From Myxococcota bacterium (GTDB lineage: Bacteria > Myxococcota_A > UBA9160 > SZUA-336), in contig CBDFGR010000003.1 in NCBI GenBank assembly GCA_965247115.1, forward strand, positions 2,112,001-2,176,000: 64,000 nt of DNA, given 5' to 3'. Positions 42,349 through 51,918 of this stretch are shown one piece after another. The position numbers were made by a program, and so were the translations under genes. The notes below the pieces were generated by a model. It saw nothing but the letters and a program-made list of their open reading frames with translations, ran no database searches and had not been told where the DNA came from. Position 1 is the first letter of the stretch; every line of letters begins with the position of its first letter.

Positions 42349-43188
42349 GATCTTCGGCGAGACCAGGTCGGGATCCAGCTGAAGCTTGGGTTTGACGCTG
42401 CGAAGGACGCGGAAGGCACCGCAGGCCGCCGCGTCTCGCTCGAAGGCCACGTACGCGAAGATCAGATGCTTGAACAGCTGCTCCCGGTCAGCGTCGTCAC
42501 CTTGGGCGAGCAGCGGTGTGCGAAGCGCCTCCAGAAGCTCCAGCGACTCCTCGAAGCGGCCATCCAGGTATGCATTCACGGCGCGTCGCAGCTCAACCTC
42601 GCCACCCCTTGGGGGTGCAGCCGAGACGTTCGCCGTCGGGGCGGGTCGGCGGGCCAGCTTCGTAAAGGGAACCCGCAACACGGCTCCGGACTGCAGGCGG
42701 CGAGGATCTTCGATCCGGTTCAGCTGCGCCAGGGCTGGGGCTCGGTCCGCGCTTCCGTAGAAGGTCCGAGAGACGGAGATCAGGGTGTCTCCCGAGTGGA
42801 TCCGCCATGGCAGCAGCTCTGGCATGGGGAGCACGACACCCGCCGGAGGGCCGTGGCCCGCGTCGAGCTCCAGGAAAACGGCCAGGTGCCGGCCGAGCTC
42901 CGCGTCTCCCCAGTGATCCCGCGCCAGGGAAGACCAGGTGTCGTTGGCGCTCACCTCGTGCTCCACGGCGGAGGGGAGCGAGAGCTCCAGTCCGGCGAGA
43001 GGATCCGTGCCCCCGAGGGCGTTCGTGGCTGCGAGGATCGCGGCGAGGCCAGGCTCCGAGTAGTAGTCGTTCGCAATCCCCGCAAGCGTTTGCTCCGGAC
43101 CGACCACGTGAACGAGGCGGCCCGCCTCGGCGTTCGTTGCGAGCAGCACCAGCGAGATCAAGAGCTCGGCGCGCCTCATGGGCCTCAT
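42322..43188 (-). CDS. Secreted protein with three LysM-like domains and a C-terminal helical (TPR-like) domain
   Basis: Signal peptide; HVVGPEQTLAGIA, HEVSANDTWSSLA, IHSGDTLISVS...LNRIEDPRRLQSGAVLRVP. Confidence 0.8.
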   Translation of the reverse strand: MRPMRRAELLISLVLLATNAEAGRLVHVVGPEQTLAGIANDYYSEPGLAAILAATNALGGTDPLAGLELSLPSAVEHEVSANDTWSSLARDHWGDAELGRHLAVFLELDAGHGPPAGVVLPMPELLPWRIHSGDTLISVSRTFYGSADRAPALAQLNRIEDPRRLQSGAVLRVPFTKLARRPAPTANVSAAPPRGGEVELRRAVNAYLDGRFEESLELLEALRTPLLAQGDDADREQLFKHLIFAYVAFERDAAACGAFRVLRSVKPKLQLDPDLVSPKILDALSSCE

Positions 43189-44429
43189 GGGAGTCCCGCC
43201 GCGTCGAAGACGTGACGCACTACTCGCTCCTCCCCCGGCTCCAGATCGAGGGTGTGGAGCGACTCACCGTAGCGAGGGTGCCGAAGCGCGACCGCGTGCC
43301 GTCCCGGAGCCAGTCGCAGAGGGCGCGCGCGCGGCGTGAGGAAGGGCCTCTCCTCGTCGACGGATACCTCTGCCCACGGGTAGACGGCAAAGAGGACGGC
43401 GGCGCTCTGACCCTGCATCACGGGGTCGAGATCGGAGAACAGCCCGCTCGATTGCTCGACGATGCCCGCGTCCACCGGGGGGCGGGACTCGGTGCGAAGC
43501 GGGGGGCCGAACGTCAGGAGTGCGATGCCGCCCAGCACGAGGGCCGAGGCGGTGGCGAGCAACGGCGCACGTTGCGGGCCGGACTTTGTTGTCGACGAGG
43601 AACCCTCACCCTCGAGCCCATCCTCGTTTTCTCCCTGCGTGCTCTCCCACAGCCACGCTGCGATCTCCGCACGTGCTTCAGCGGGACTCACACGGCGAGC
43701 GGAGCGAGCCAGCCCCTTGCTCAGGCGGGTGAGGGAGGGACGCCGTGCAGGCTCCGGATCCATGCAACGGCGCGTCAGCCTCGCGAGGCGAGGGTGACGA
43801 GCGCGAAGGGGTCGCAGCGCAGTGGCGCCAGGGGAGCCAACCAACATCTCCGCGAGGATCGCTCCCATGGCGTACACGTCGCCGCTCGGCAGGGGAGTGC
43901 CGCGGTCCGGCGGTGAGTAGGCTGTCGGCTCGGGCTCGGGCTGGTCTGCGTCACCACTCACCTCGTGCGCCGCTCCCAGACCGCATAGCTTCACGTCGCC
44001 CCAGCGGGACAGCAGAACGTTCTCGGGCCGCAGGTCGGAGTGGACGATGCCCTGGGCGTGGAGCGCGGTCACGCCATGAACCACCTGCTCCAGCAGCATC
44101 GCGACGAGCCTGGGTGGGATGTACCCAACCCGATTCAGCAGCGCGCGCAGGCTCGGCCCGTCCACGTGCTCCATGACCAGGTATTGGTCGCCGCGCTGGG
44201 AGAAGAAGTCGAACACCGCGACCACGTTCGGGTGGGCCACCCTGCCGGCGACACGCGCTTCGTGCTCCAGGCGAGCGACCAGGGAGGCATTCCCGAGCAG
44301 GTCGCGGCGCAGCTTGCGCACGACGACGCGGCGCTTGAGCCCGAGCTGTTCGGCCAGATAAAGGCCACTGGACCCGATGCGCTCGCCAATCTGAATGCTT
44401 CCGACGGACCCGCGTCCGGTCTCGCCCAT
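43185..44429 (-). CDS. Hanks-type Ser/Thr kinase homologue (probable pseudokinase) with TM helix and PEGA-like C-terminus
   Basis: HPNVVAVFD, YLVMEHVDG, HSDLRPENVLL, DVYAMG; VVVR and CGLG replace VAIK and DFG; PWAEVSVD...TP...LAPGRH. Confidence 0.85.
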   Translation of the reverse strand: MGETGRGSVGSIQIGERIGSSGLYLAEQLGLKRRVVVRKLRRDLLGNASLVARLEHEARVAGRVAHPNVVAVFDFFSQRGDQYLVMEHVDGPSLRALLNRVGYIPPRLVAMLLEQVVHGVTALHAQGIVHSDLRPENVLLSRWGDVKLCGLGAAHEVSGDADQPEPEPTAYSPPDRGTPLPSGDVYAMGAILAEMLVGSPGATALRPLRARHPRLARLTRRCMDPEPARRPSLTRLSKGLARSARRVSPAEARAEIAAWLWESTQGENEDGLEGEGSSSTTKSGPQRAPLLATASALVLGGIALLTFGPPLRTESRPPVDAGIVEQSSGLFSDLDPVMQGQSAAVLFAVYPWAEVSVDEERPFLTPRARPLRLAPGRHAVALRHPRYGESLHTLDLEPGEERVVRHVFDAAGLP

Positions 44430-44454
44430 CGCTCTTGCGCCCCCGAGGCGGAAG

Positions 44455-45786
44455 CTACTTGGCGGGGGACGCCGCTGTCACCTCTAGGTAGAGCCAGTAG
44501 GCGACGAGAAAGTCCAGGCCCGTATACTCGACATCGGGCGCGACGCTGTAGTGGAGCCGGTAGGGGCTGGACTTCCATTCGAAGGAGCTCACGGGTCGGA
44601 GCTGCATCGGAACCAGGTCGCGCGCCTGGCGCCGCCACTTCCTGCCCGGGAGGAGCCGCTTCGGAAGTCTGGTCAGGGCAGTGGGTGGCGCGATCTTCCG
44701 TTTGTTGAGGGGGAAGGCGGCGAGTTGGTCGTGCGCCGTGTCCAGCAGCGCGGCGTCGCAGGCCTCGGGCTCGAGCTTGCAATACACGAGCGTGAAGTAC
44801 GCGTTGCGGTCCTCGCGCACGCGTCGCCACGTCCGCTTCATGCTGCGGAGCAGATCGGGAAGGGCTGGATCGTCGCTGCGTCGCAAGAGCGGAACCAGGA
44901 CTCTGTAGAGGTTCCACGCCATCAAGTCGTTCGAGCTGTTGGTGACACCGAACACGCCTAGGTTCGTGCGCTGCGCGCGGGCCACGACTCTGTCGTCGTC
45001 GCGCAGTCGATCGCGCTGTCGCGCCCAGCGCGGGTCCGGGTCGAGAGCGGCCCCGAGCGCGAAGACGCCGTAGCCTGTCAGCTGCGCGAGCGAGTTGAAG
45101 CCGAACCCGGAGCTGGCCGACAGGTCGCCGAAGCGAGTCGGCCTCCCGTCCGGATCCGTGAGATGCATCTCGTGCCTGAGCAGATGCTCCGCGCTCGCCA
45201 CGATCAGGGCGCGCGCTCTCTCCGGGAAGTGCTCGGCGCACAGACCGACCGCGGGCAAGAGCCCGTTCGCGTACTGATCCATCGAGACGTTCCCGCGGAA
45301 CGAGTACTCCTGGTAGCCCGGTCCGCCGCGCGACCACCTGCGTCGTTCGGGCGCGCCTTCCGGCGGGGCCGCGCGACGAGCCGCCCTGGCCAGCGGGCCG
45401 GAGCTCCCCGTCACCGCCATCAGTAGCTCCAGCCCCGCGAGCGCGCGATCCGCGTCCACGAGCGCGCTCCGTCGCGCCGGGCCGGACTCGAACGTGGCGC
45501 GACCACACGCAGCGCCCGCGAGCAGTCCCGTGAACGTCGCTCCATCCGCGAGATCGGGGTAGGTGCCCCGCACCAGGTCCGTCTCGATCGAGCGAAGGTC
45601 GATGCGGTAGAGCAGTAGGCCCTCGGGCGACAGGTGGCGCTGTTCGAGCGCACGCGCAAACACGAGTGCCTTTGTGGTCAACGGGTCCGGAGCCAGCAGA
45701 CCGAGCGCGAGGAGGGCTGGAAGTAGCGCCAATGCCACTGGCTCAGGGCTGACCGAGCGCGCTGGCCGCCGAGCGAGCCGGTGCAA
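44455..45786 (-). CDS. Hypothetical exported protein (start uncertain)
   Basis: Long ORF with host codon bias and a hydrophobic leader, between the plsC-like and kinase genes. Confidence 0.7.
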   Translation of the reverse strand: MHRLARRPARSVSPEPVALALLPALLALGLLAPDPLTTKALVFARALEQRHLSPEGLLLYRIDLRSIETDLVRGTYPDLADGATFTGLLAGAACGRATFESGPARRSALVDADRALAGLELLMAVTGSSGPLARAARRAAPPEGAPERRRWSRGGPGYQEYSFRGNVSMDQYANGLLPAVGLCAEHFPERARALIVASAEHLLRHEMHLTDPDGRPTRFGDLSASSGFGFNSLAQLTGYGVFALGAALDPDPRWARQRDRLRDDDRVVARAQRTNLGVFGVTNSSNDLMAWNLYRVLVPLLRRSDDPALPDLLRSMKRTWRRVREDRNAYFTLVYCKLEPEACDAALLDTAHDQLAAFPLNKRKIAPPTALTRLPKRLLPGRKWRRQARDLVPMQLRPVSSFEWKSSPYRLHYSVAPDVEYTGLDFLVAYWLYLEVTAASPAK

Positions 45787-46702
45787 GCCGGGGGCTCGCG
45801 GTGGCGTAGTGTCCCCGGTAGGCGGTCGGGAGCAGGTCCGCGATCAGAAAGCCGATGGTCTGCGCCAGCTCGGCTCGCCTCGGACACGTGGCGCGCAGCA
45901 CTGCCGCGTCCACCGGACGGCCGAAGCGGATCTTCACCTCTGCGGGATGCACGTGCTCCTCCCCGAGGGGCATCAGCGTCTCCGTCCCCCAGATCCCGAA
46001 GGGAATCATCAGCGCGTGAGGATGCTCGAGATAGCGAGCGACTGCCGTCAGAGCGGGTTGCATCGCGCCGGAGCGGCTGCGCGATCCCTCGACGAAGATC
46101 AGGAGATGGTCGCCGCCTTCCTGGCGCATGCGAACGGCCGAGAGCGTGTCGACCGCGAGTCGAGCGACCTCGCGAAGCGACATAACTGCCTCGTCCGAGG
46201 CGCGTGTGGTGCTCTGCGGAATCTTGATCACTCCGAAACAGAGGCTCGCCAGCCTGCGGATCGGCAGCGAGAAGACCTTCGGGCCCACGACCACCGCGAG
46301 CCGATTCGCGACCTCCTCGAAACCGGCGGAGTTCAAGAGAGCGTCGACGACGTTGGCGTCTACGAAGGACAGATGGTTGCCGAGAAAGATGACCGGACGA
46401 GCTCGCGCGATCTCCACGAAGCCCGGATCGATCAGCTCGGAGCTCGGCTCGAGCACAACGCGGTGGATCGCCCGGGAGACCCTGCGAGCCACGAGATCGG
46501 GGGGATGGTACCCCCAGTGCTCTCCCGTGCTGGCGACCCGGGCGACCGCTCTCCGCAGGGCCGCCTCCGGGAAGTCTCCGAGCTCGGAGGCGACGAGCGG
46601 CAACAACCGTTCCTCGTCGCCGGCGCCCCACTCGGAGATCATTCTCGCGACTTCTCGAACGTGCTCGCTGCGCTCATTGCTCGGGTGCACGCCTTCCGCC
46701 AT
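45743..46702 (-). CDS. Lysophospholipid acyltransferase family protein
   Basis: NHLSFVD (HX4D) and IFVEGSRSRSG motifs. Confidence 0.85.
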   Translation of the reverse strand: MAEGVHPSNERSEHVREVARMISEWGAGDEERLLPLVASELGDFPEAALRRAVARVASTGEHWGYHPPDLVARRVSRAIHRVVLEPSSELIDPGFVEIARARPVIFLGNHLSFVDANVVDALLNSAGFEEVANRLAVVVGPKVFSLPIRRLASLCFGVIKIPQSTTRASDEAVMSLREVARLAVDTLSAVRMRQEGGDHLLIFVEGSRSRSGAMQPALTAVARYLEHPHALMIPFGIWGTETLMPLGEEHVHPAEVKIRFGRPVDAAVLRATCPRRAELAQTIGFLIADLLPTAYRGHYATASPRLAPARSAASALGQP

Positions 46703-46936
46703 CGGTGCCGAAACATAGGGCAGATGCCAGCGCGAAGCCGAAGACGCCACCGAGGGGCGAGTTCGAGCCGGGGCGGAACACGGGGGCGCCGGGCTCGTGC
46801 CCTCCGTCGGTCTCGTACAGCGGGACTGTAAGCGCGTCGCTGGTGTGAACGGATAGCTCCTGAGGTCCGCTATCGGAACCGATTCCAGTAAGCCTGGATT
46901 GCCCGAGGTCTTCCCATATACCTAGATTCCCGCATC

Positions 46937-47695
46937 ATGCGGGATCGGCTGGCGATCGAACGACGTTTCGCGAAGTTCTACTCCACATTTGCTGCGGACT
47001 TCTCTCCGGACCTTCCGGTCTACACCGAGCTCGCCGCGAAGTATCCCGGCCCCGTGCTCGAGGTCGGCTGTCGAACCGGACGCGTCTCCGCACGGCTGGC
47101 CGCGTCTGGTCACGAAGTGTGCGCGGTAGACACGTCCCGACCGATGCTCGAGGTCGCGCGCGACAGGCTGGCGCGCTGGGGCGACCGGGTTCGGCTGGCG
47201 GACTTCGACCTCCGGCAGGGCGCTCTCTTCGACGGCTTCCACGTAGTCCTGGCGACGCTATACACCTTCAACGCCCTGATCGAGATCGAAGAGCAGCGGT
47301 TGTTCCTCCGCCACGTGTCCCGCTCCATGGGCTCCCCCGGGATCCTCGCGATCGACCTGTTCTGTCCGCTCTCGATCGTGCGGCCCGAGTCGGTTGGGCA
47401 GTGGAGCACGATCGAGCGCCGCTGCGGGGAGCTCAACCTCTCCTGCCGGGTCAAGCGCGAGATGCTCACGCCTCTGCTCGAGCGGCGCATTCAGGTATTC
47501 AAGGTGGGTCACGGCCCCGAGAGCGAGCTCGAGACCTACCGGCGCTACGTCCCGCCGCAGCAGGCCGCCTCCTTGCTGCGCGAGTCCGGCTTCGAGAGCG
47601 TCCGCTGGATCCAGGACTACGATCTCTCCTCGGCCCGCCCCGTCGAGCCCGGAGATCGCCCAACCGGCCCCTTCATCATTCTCGGAGAGAGATGA
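46937..47695 (+). CDS. Class I SAM-dependent methyltransferase
   Basis: GPVLEVGCRTGRV, VDTSRPML, PGILAIDLF. Confidence 0.82.
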   Translation: MRDRLAIERRFAKFYSTFAADFSPDLPVYTELAAKYPGPVLEVGCRTGRVSARLAASGHEVCAVDTSRPMLEVARDRLARWGDRVRLADFDLRQGALFDGFHVVLATLYTFNALIEIEEQRLFLRHVSRSMGSPGILAIDLFCPLSIVRPESVGQWSTIERRCGELNLSCRVKREMLTPLLERRIQVFKVGHGPESELETYRRYVPPQQAASLLRESGFESVRWIQDYDLSSARPVEPGDRPTGPFIILGER

Positions 47696-47697
47696 GT

Positions 47698-47790
47698 CAG
47701 GTCTTGTGGGACCCGCCCGCGGGCGTCCGCGGCCACCCACTCTTCGCTCGCCTCCGGCTCGCTGCGCGCGCCGCTCCGCGGCGCTTGCAG
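47698..47790 (-). repeat. Three-hairpin REP-like element, copy D
   Basis: Minus strand CAAG-CGCCGC(GGA)GCGGCG-CGCGCAGCGA-GCC(GGA)GGC-GAGCGAAGAGTGGGTGG-CCGCGGACGCCCGCGG-GCGGGTCCCACAAGACCTG. Confidence 0.88.
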
Positions 47791-47858
47791 GGTGCCGGTT
47801 AGAGGGCATATAGCCCGACTAGCCGGAACGTAGAATCAATCCCGCCCGGGTGTCTCCC

Positions 47859-47951
47859 TGCAAGCGCCGCGAATGCGGCGCGCGCAGCGAAGGCCGTAGG
47901 CCTGAGCGAAGGTGGGTGGCCCGCGGACGCCCGCGGGCCGGGTCCCACAAG
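47859..47951 (+). repeat. Three-hairpin REP-like element, copy A
   Basis: CAAG-CGCCGC(GAAT)GCGGCG-CGCGCAGCGA-AGGCC(GTA)GGCCT-GAGCGAAGGTGGGTGG-CCCGCGGACGCCCGCGGG-CCGGGTCCCACAAG. Confidence 0.88.
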
Positions 47952-47958
47952 GCAAGGA

Positions 47959-48072
47959 GTCGGTGGTCGGGAAACGTCCCCCGGAGGACTGTGGTAGCGG
48001 TATCCGAGGCGAGCAAGTCCTCTGTGCACGCAAGGAGCGGAGTCCGCCGGGGGACGTTTCCCGGCCTCCGAC
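47959..48072. repeat. 26-bp inverted repeat enclosing a 62-bp structured spacer, upstream of leuC
   Basis: GTCGGTGGTCGGGAAACGTCCCCCGG (47959-47984) / CCGGGGGACGTTTCCCGGCCTCCGAC (48047-48072), 24/26. Confidence 0.8.
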
Positions 48073-48160
48073 GGCGCCGGTCGTGTGCTGGCCACTTCGC
48101 AAGGCTCGTCGGATCGGTTAGAACCATGTTGGGGCGGGGGTTGGACCTGTCGAGGATGGT

Positions 48161-49564
48161 ATGGCGGGGACTCTGCTGGACAAGGTTTGGGATCTGCACA
48201 GCGTCAGGGAGCTGGACGGTGGGCAGACCCAGCTCTTTATCGGCCTGCACCTGATTCACGAGGTCACGAGCCCTCAGGGCTTTCAGATGCTGGAAGAGGC
48301 AGGGCACAAGCTGCTCTTTCCCGAGCGCACCTTCGCCACCGTCGACCACATCGTTCCGACCGACTCGCACGAGCGACCGCTCGCCGATCCGCTTGCCGAG
48401 GAGATGCTGGCGGTGCTCGATCGGAATACGCGGACCTACGGCATCGAGTTCTTCGGGATCGGCAGCGGCCGACAGGGGATCGTTCACGTCATCGGACCCG
48501 AGCTCGGACTCACCCAGCCCGGCATGACGATCGCGTGCGGCGATTCCCACACCTCGACGCACGGAGCGTTCGGCGCGATCGCCTTCGGAATCGGCACGAG
48601 CCAGGTGCGCGACGTGCTCGCGAGTCAGTGCCTGGCCATCGCGCGTCCCAAGGTGCGGCGTATCCGCGTGACCCGGGAGCTGGGCTACGGTGTGTACGCG
48701 AAGGACGTCATCCTGCACATCATTCGCACGCTCGGCGTGAAGGGCGGGGTCGGCTACGCGTACGAGTACGCCGGCCCGGTGATCGAGGGCTTCTCGATGG
48801 AGGAGCGGCTCACGCTCTGCAACATGTCGATCGAGGGCGGAGCGCGCGTTGGCTACGTCAACCCGGACGAGACGACCTTCGACTATTTGCGCGGTCTCCC
48901 CTACGCCCCGCAGGGGGAGGACTTCGATCGAGCGGTGCGGTGGTGGCGGTCGATCGCCAGCGACCCTGCCGCGAGCTATGCGGACGAGGTCGAGATCGAT
49001 GGCACCGAGGTCGCGCCGACCGTGACCTGGGGAACCCATCCCGGACAGAGCGTCGGCGTCGACCAGAGCTTGCCGCGACTCGACCAGGTCGACGAGGCCG
49101 ACCGCTCGGGGGCGGAGGAGGCGCTGCGCTTCATGGAGCTGCGCGCGGGTGAGCCGATCAAGGGGACACCGATCGATGTCGCCTTCATCGGTTCCTGCAC
49201 GAACAGCCGGATCTCTGACCTGCGCGAGGCAGCGAGGGTCGCTCGGGGCCGCACAGTGTCCCCGCACGTGCGCGCGCTCGTCGTTCCGGGTTCGGAGCAG
49301 GTCAAGCGGCAGGCCGAGGCCGAGGGGCTACACGAGACCTTCCTCGAGGCTGGCTTCCAGTGGCGGGAGGCCGGCTGCTCGATGTGTCTCGCGATGAACC
49401 CCGACAAGCTGGTCGGTCGCGAGCTCTGCGCGTCGAGTTCGAACCGGAACTTCCGCGGCAGGCAGGGCAGCCCCACCGGTCGCACCCTGCTGATGAGCCC
49501 GGCCATGGTGGCCCACGCCGCCATCGAAGGTCGCGTCAGCGACGTGAGGGAGGTCCCGAAATGA
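48161..49564 (+). CDS. leuC: 3-isopropylmalate dehydratase large subunit
   Basis: [44 protein letters not shown]. Confidence 0.97.
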   Translation: MAGTLLDKVWDLHSVRELDGGQTQLFIGLHLIHEVTSPQGFQMLEEAGHKLLFPERTFATVDHIVPTDSHERPLADPLAEEMLAVLDRNTRTYGIEFFGIGSGRQGIVHVIGPELGLTQPGMTIACGDSHTSTHGAFGAIAFGIGTSQVRDVLASQCLAIARPKVRRIRVTRELGYGVYAKDVILHIIRTLGVKGGVGYAYEYAGPVIEGFSMEERLTLCNMSIEGGARVGYVNPDETTFDYLRGLPYAPQGEDFDRAVRWWRSIASDPAASYADEVEIDGTEVAPTVTWGTHPGQSVGVDQSLPRLDQVDEADRSGAEEALRFMELRAGEPIKGTPIDVAFIGSCTNSRISDLREAARVARGRTVSPHVRALVVPGSEQVKRQAEAEGLHETFLEAGFQWREAGCSMCLAMNPDKLVGRELCASSSNRNFRGRQGSPTGRTLLMSPAMVAHAAIEGRVSDVREVPK

Positions 49565-50175
49565 GTGGAGCGGCGAGCGAGCAGATCCGGGAACGCCGTG
49601 GCCAGGGCATTGTGCTCCGCGGGAACGACATCGATACGGACCAGATCATTCCCGCCCGCTACCTGATCTCAACCCACTTTGCGGGGCTGGAGGAGGGGGT
49701 TTTTCAGGACCTTCGCTTCAATGCCAACGGCGAGGCGAAGGGTCACCCCTTTGATCGGGAGGAGTTCAAGAACGCCTCGATTCTGGTCGTGAACAAGAAT
49801 TTCGGCTGCGGGAGCTCACGCGAGCACGCTCCTCAGGCCCTCATGCGCTGGGGAATCCGCGCCATCATCGGCGAGTCCTTCGGCGAGATCTTCCACGGAA
49901 ACTGCGTCGCGCTCGGCGTCCCCGCAGCGGTGGTGGCGGAGGAGGATGTCGCGCAGCTGATGGATTCGGTCGAGCTGGATCCCTCTCAGGAGATCACGCT
50001 CGACCTCGTCGATCGTCTGGTCCGCTGGCGCAGTGGCTCAGCCCCTGCCACCGTCGGCGACGGCCCACGCCAGCAGCTCCTGGAGGGCACCTGGGACGCG
50101 ATGGCCACCCTGATCGCCGCCGAAGACCAGATTCGCGCCACCGAGAAGGCCCTTCCCTACCCCCGCTTTCGCTGA
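49561..50175 (+). CDS. leuD: 3-isopropylmalate dehydratase small subunit
   Basis: [35 protein letters not shown] coupling to leuC. Confidence 0.96.
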   Translation: MSGAASEQIRERRGQGIVLRGNDIDTDQIIPARYLISTHFAGLEEGVFQDLRFNANGEAKGHPFDREEFKNASILVVNKNFGCGSSREHAPQALMRWGIRAIIGESFGEIFHGNCVALGVPAAVVAEEDVAQLMDSVELDPSQEITLDLVDRLVRWRSGSAPATVGDGPRQQLLEGTWDAMATLIAAEDQIRATEKALPYPRFR

Positions 50176-50277
50176 AGCAAGCCCTGTCGGAGATCGAGAA
50201 CGTCCGAAGGTGGAACCGGGAGTTCTGGCGAGAGTTGCGCGCTTCAGGAATGATTCGCCGCGACCGCTAATGGGGAG

Positions 50278-50634
50278 GTGGACGGAGCCGCTTCGGGAGT
50301 GGCGTTCGCTGAGTTCCTGGCCGCGTTCCGGGCCTCGCTCGTCATTCTGAGCGGTGCCGCCCGGGGTGCCGAGCTGCCCCTCGACCAGCTGAGGGTCACC
50401 CTGGGACGGGGTCCTGGGGTCGACCTGTGCTTCGAAGACGGGGAGATGGCACGCGCGCATGCCGCGATCGAGTTCTCCGAGGGCTGCTATCAGATTCGGG
50501 CTCTGGCTGCTGGGAAGGAGCTCTTCCTGAACGGGGGCGAGACGGCGGCCGCAGAGCTGAAGAGTGAGGATCGCTTCCGACTCGGCGGCCACACCTTCCA
50601 GTTTCTGCTGGAAGAACGGCGCTTTCCGACCTAG
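50278..50634 (+). CDS. FHA domain protein
   Basis: TLGRG...MARAHAAI...LFLNG...LKSEDRFRLG; the canonical S and N phosphothreonine-binding residues look degenerate. Confidence 0.75.
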   Translation: MDGAASGVAFAEFLAAFRASLVILSGAARGAELPLDQLRVTLGRGPGVDLCFEDGEMARAHAAIEFSEGCYQIRALAAGKELFLNGGETAAAELKSEDRFRLGGHTFQFLLEERRFPT

Positions 50635-50870
50635 TAGACGCGGAAGAAGCGCGCAGCACGGTAGGCAAACCAGATGCTCGCCACGTGGATCAGGAAGCCG
50701 GGCACCAGAATCGCCCAGTAGCCGAAGCTCGCGGCCAGGAACCACAGCAGGCCGACTCCGAGCTGCCCCGAGTAGACGTGGCCCAGGCCGGGCAGCAGCA
50801 CCGAGAGGACGGCCGCAATCCCCGGGCTCGGTCCCCGACGCACCTCGATGTCGTAGGTCTCTGACGGCAT
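50631..50870 (-). CDS. Small TM2-like membrane protein
   Basis: SPGIAAVLSVLLPGLGHVYSGQ; GGAGG RBS. Confidence 0.8.
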   Translation of the reverse strand: MPSETYDIEVRRGPSPGIAAVLSVLLPGLGHVYSGQLGVGLLWFLAASFGYWAILVPGFLIHVASIWFAYRAARFFRVY

Positions 50871-51015
50871 GGCACCTCCTTCCGTGATGTTGGGCAGACA
50901 GAGCAAGGGGTGTGCCCGGCTCGACGCGGGCAAAGCGGCCGCCACGAGGCGAGCTCGTGCATCCGGCTGCCGACAGGGCAGGACAGAAGCTGCAGCTCGT
51001 GAGATGCTCCCCAAG

Positions 51016-51918
51016 GTGCCAGAGCTCCCCGACATCACGGTCTACATCCGTGCCCTGGAGAGCCGCATCCGCGGGTACAGGCTGCAGACCGTTGAGCTCA
51101 AGTCCCCGTTTCTGCTGCGTTCCGTAGATCCGCCGCTGTCAGCGTTGGGGGGTCGACGTGTGCTCGGCCTGCGCCGCCTCGGAAAGCGGATCGTGATCGA
51201 GCTCGAGGACGAGCTCTTCTTGGTACTCCACCTGATGATCGCCGGGCGGCTGCATTGGCGCGAGCCCGGAGCCAAGCCGGGGCGTGCAGGGCTCGCGCGT
51301 TTCGAGTTCGACTCGGGCACGTTGACGCTGACGGAGGCGGGCAAGAAGCGGCGAGCCTCTCTCTACCTGGCGCAGGGGGAGGAGGCGCTCGCGCTCCACG
51401 ACCGCGGTGGTCTCGAGGTGCTCGAGTCGGATCGCGACGCCTTCGTCGCCGCGCTGACGCGTGGGAACCACACGCTGAAGCGGGCGCTGACCGATCCGCG
51501 TCTCCTCAGCGGTATCGGCAACGCCTACTCCGACGAGATCCTACACCGTGCGCAGCTGTCTCCGGTTCGACTGACGCAGAAGCTTTCCGGTACCCAGCTC
51601 ACGCGGCTGCACGCAGCGACCAGGGAGGTGCTCGAGGAGTGGATCGAGCGGATCGAGCAGGAGGCCGGTGAGGGGTTTCCCGAGAAGGTGACGGCCTTCC
51701 GACCGCAGATGGCCGTGCACGGGCGCTATCGTCAGCCCTGTCCGAGCTGCGGCTCGCCCGTGCAGCGCATCGTTCGCGCCAATAACGAGACCAACTACTG
51801 CGCAACCTGTCAGACGGAGGGAAAGCTCCTGGCCGATCGGGCGCTCTCGCGACTGCTCAAGCGGGACTGGCCGCGCACACTCGAGGAGCTGGAGGAGCGG
51901 CGCGCCTCAGACGACTGA
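51016..51918 (+). CDS. Fpg/Nei family DNA glycosylase
   Basis: N-terminal MPELPD, HLMIAG, GIGNAYSDEIL, CPSC...YCATCQ zinc finger. Confidence 0.93.
   Translation: MPELPDITVYIRALESRIRGYRLQTVELKSPFLLRSVDPPLSALGGRRVLGLRRLGKRIVIELEDELFLVLHLMIAGRLHWREPGAKPGRAGLARFEFDSGTLTLTEAGKKRRASLYLAQGEEALALHDRGGLEVLESDRDAFVAALTRGNHTLKRALTDPRLLSGIGNAYSDEILHRAQLSPVRLTQKLSGTQLTRLHAATREVLEEWIERIEQEAGEGFPEKVTAFRPQMAVHGRYRQPCPSCGSPVQRIVRANNETNYCATCQTEGKLLADRALSRLLKRDWPRTLEELEERRASDD

Noticed and set aside
47952..48160. T-box or leucine attenuator upstream of leuC
   Set aside because: No T-box consensus (UGGNACC) and no Leu-rich leader peptide seen.
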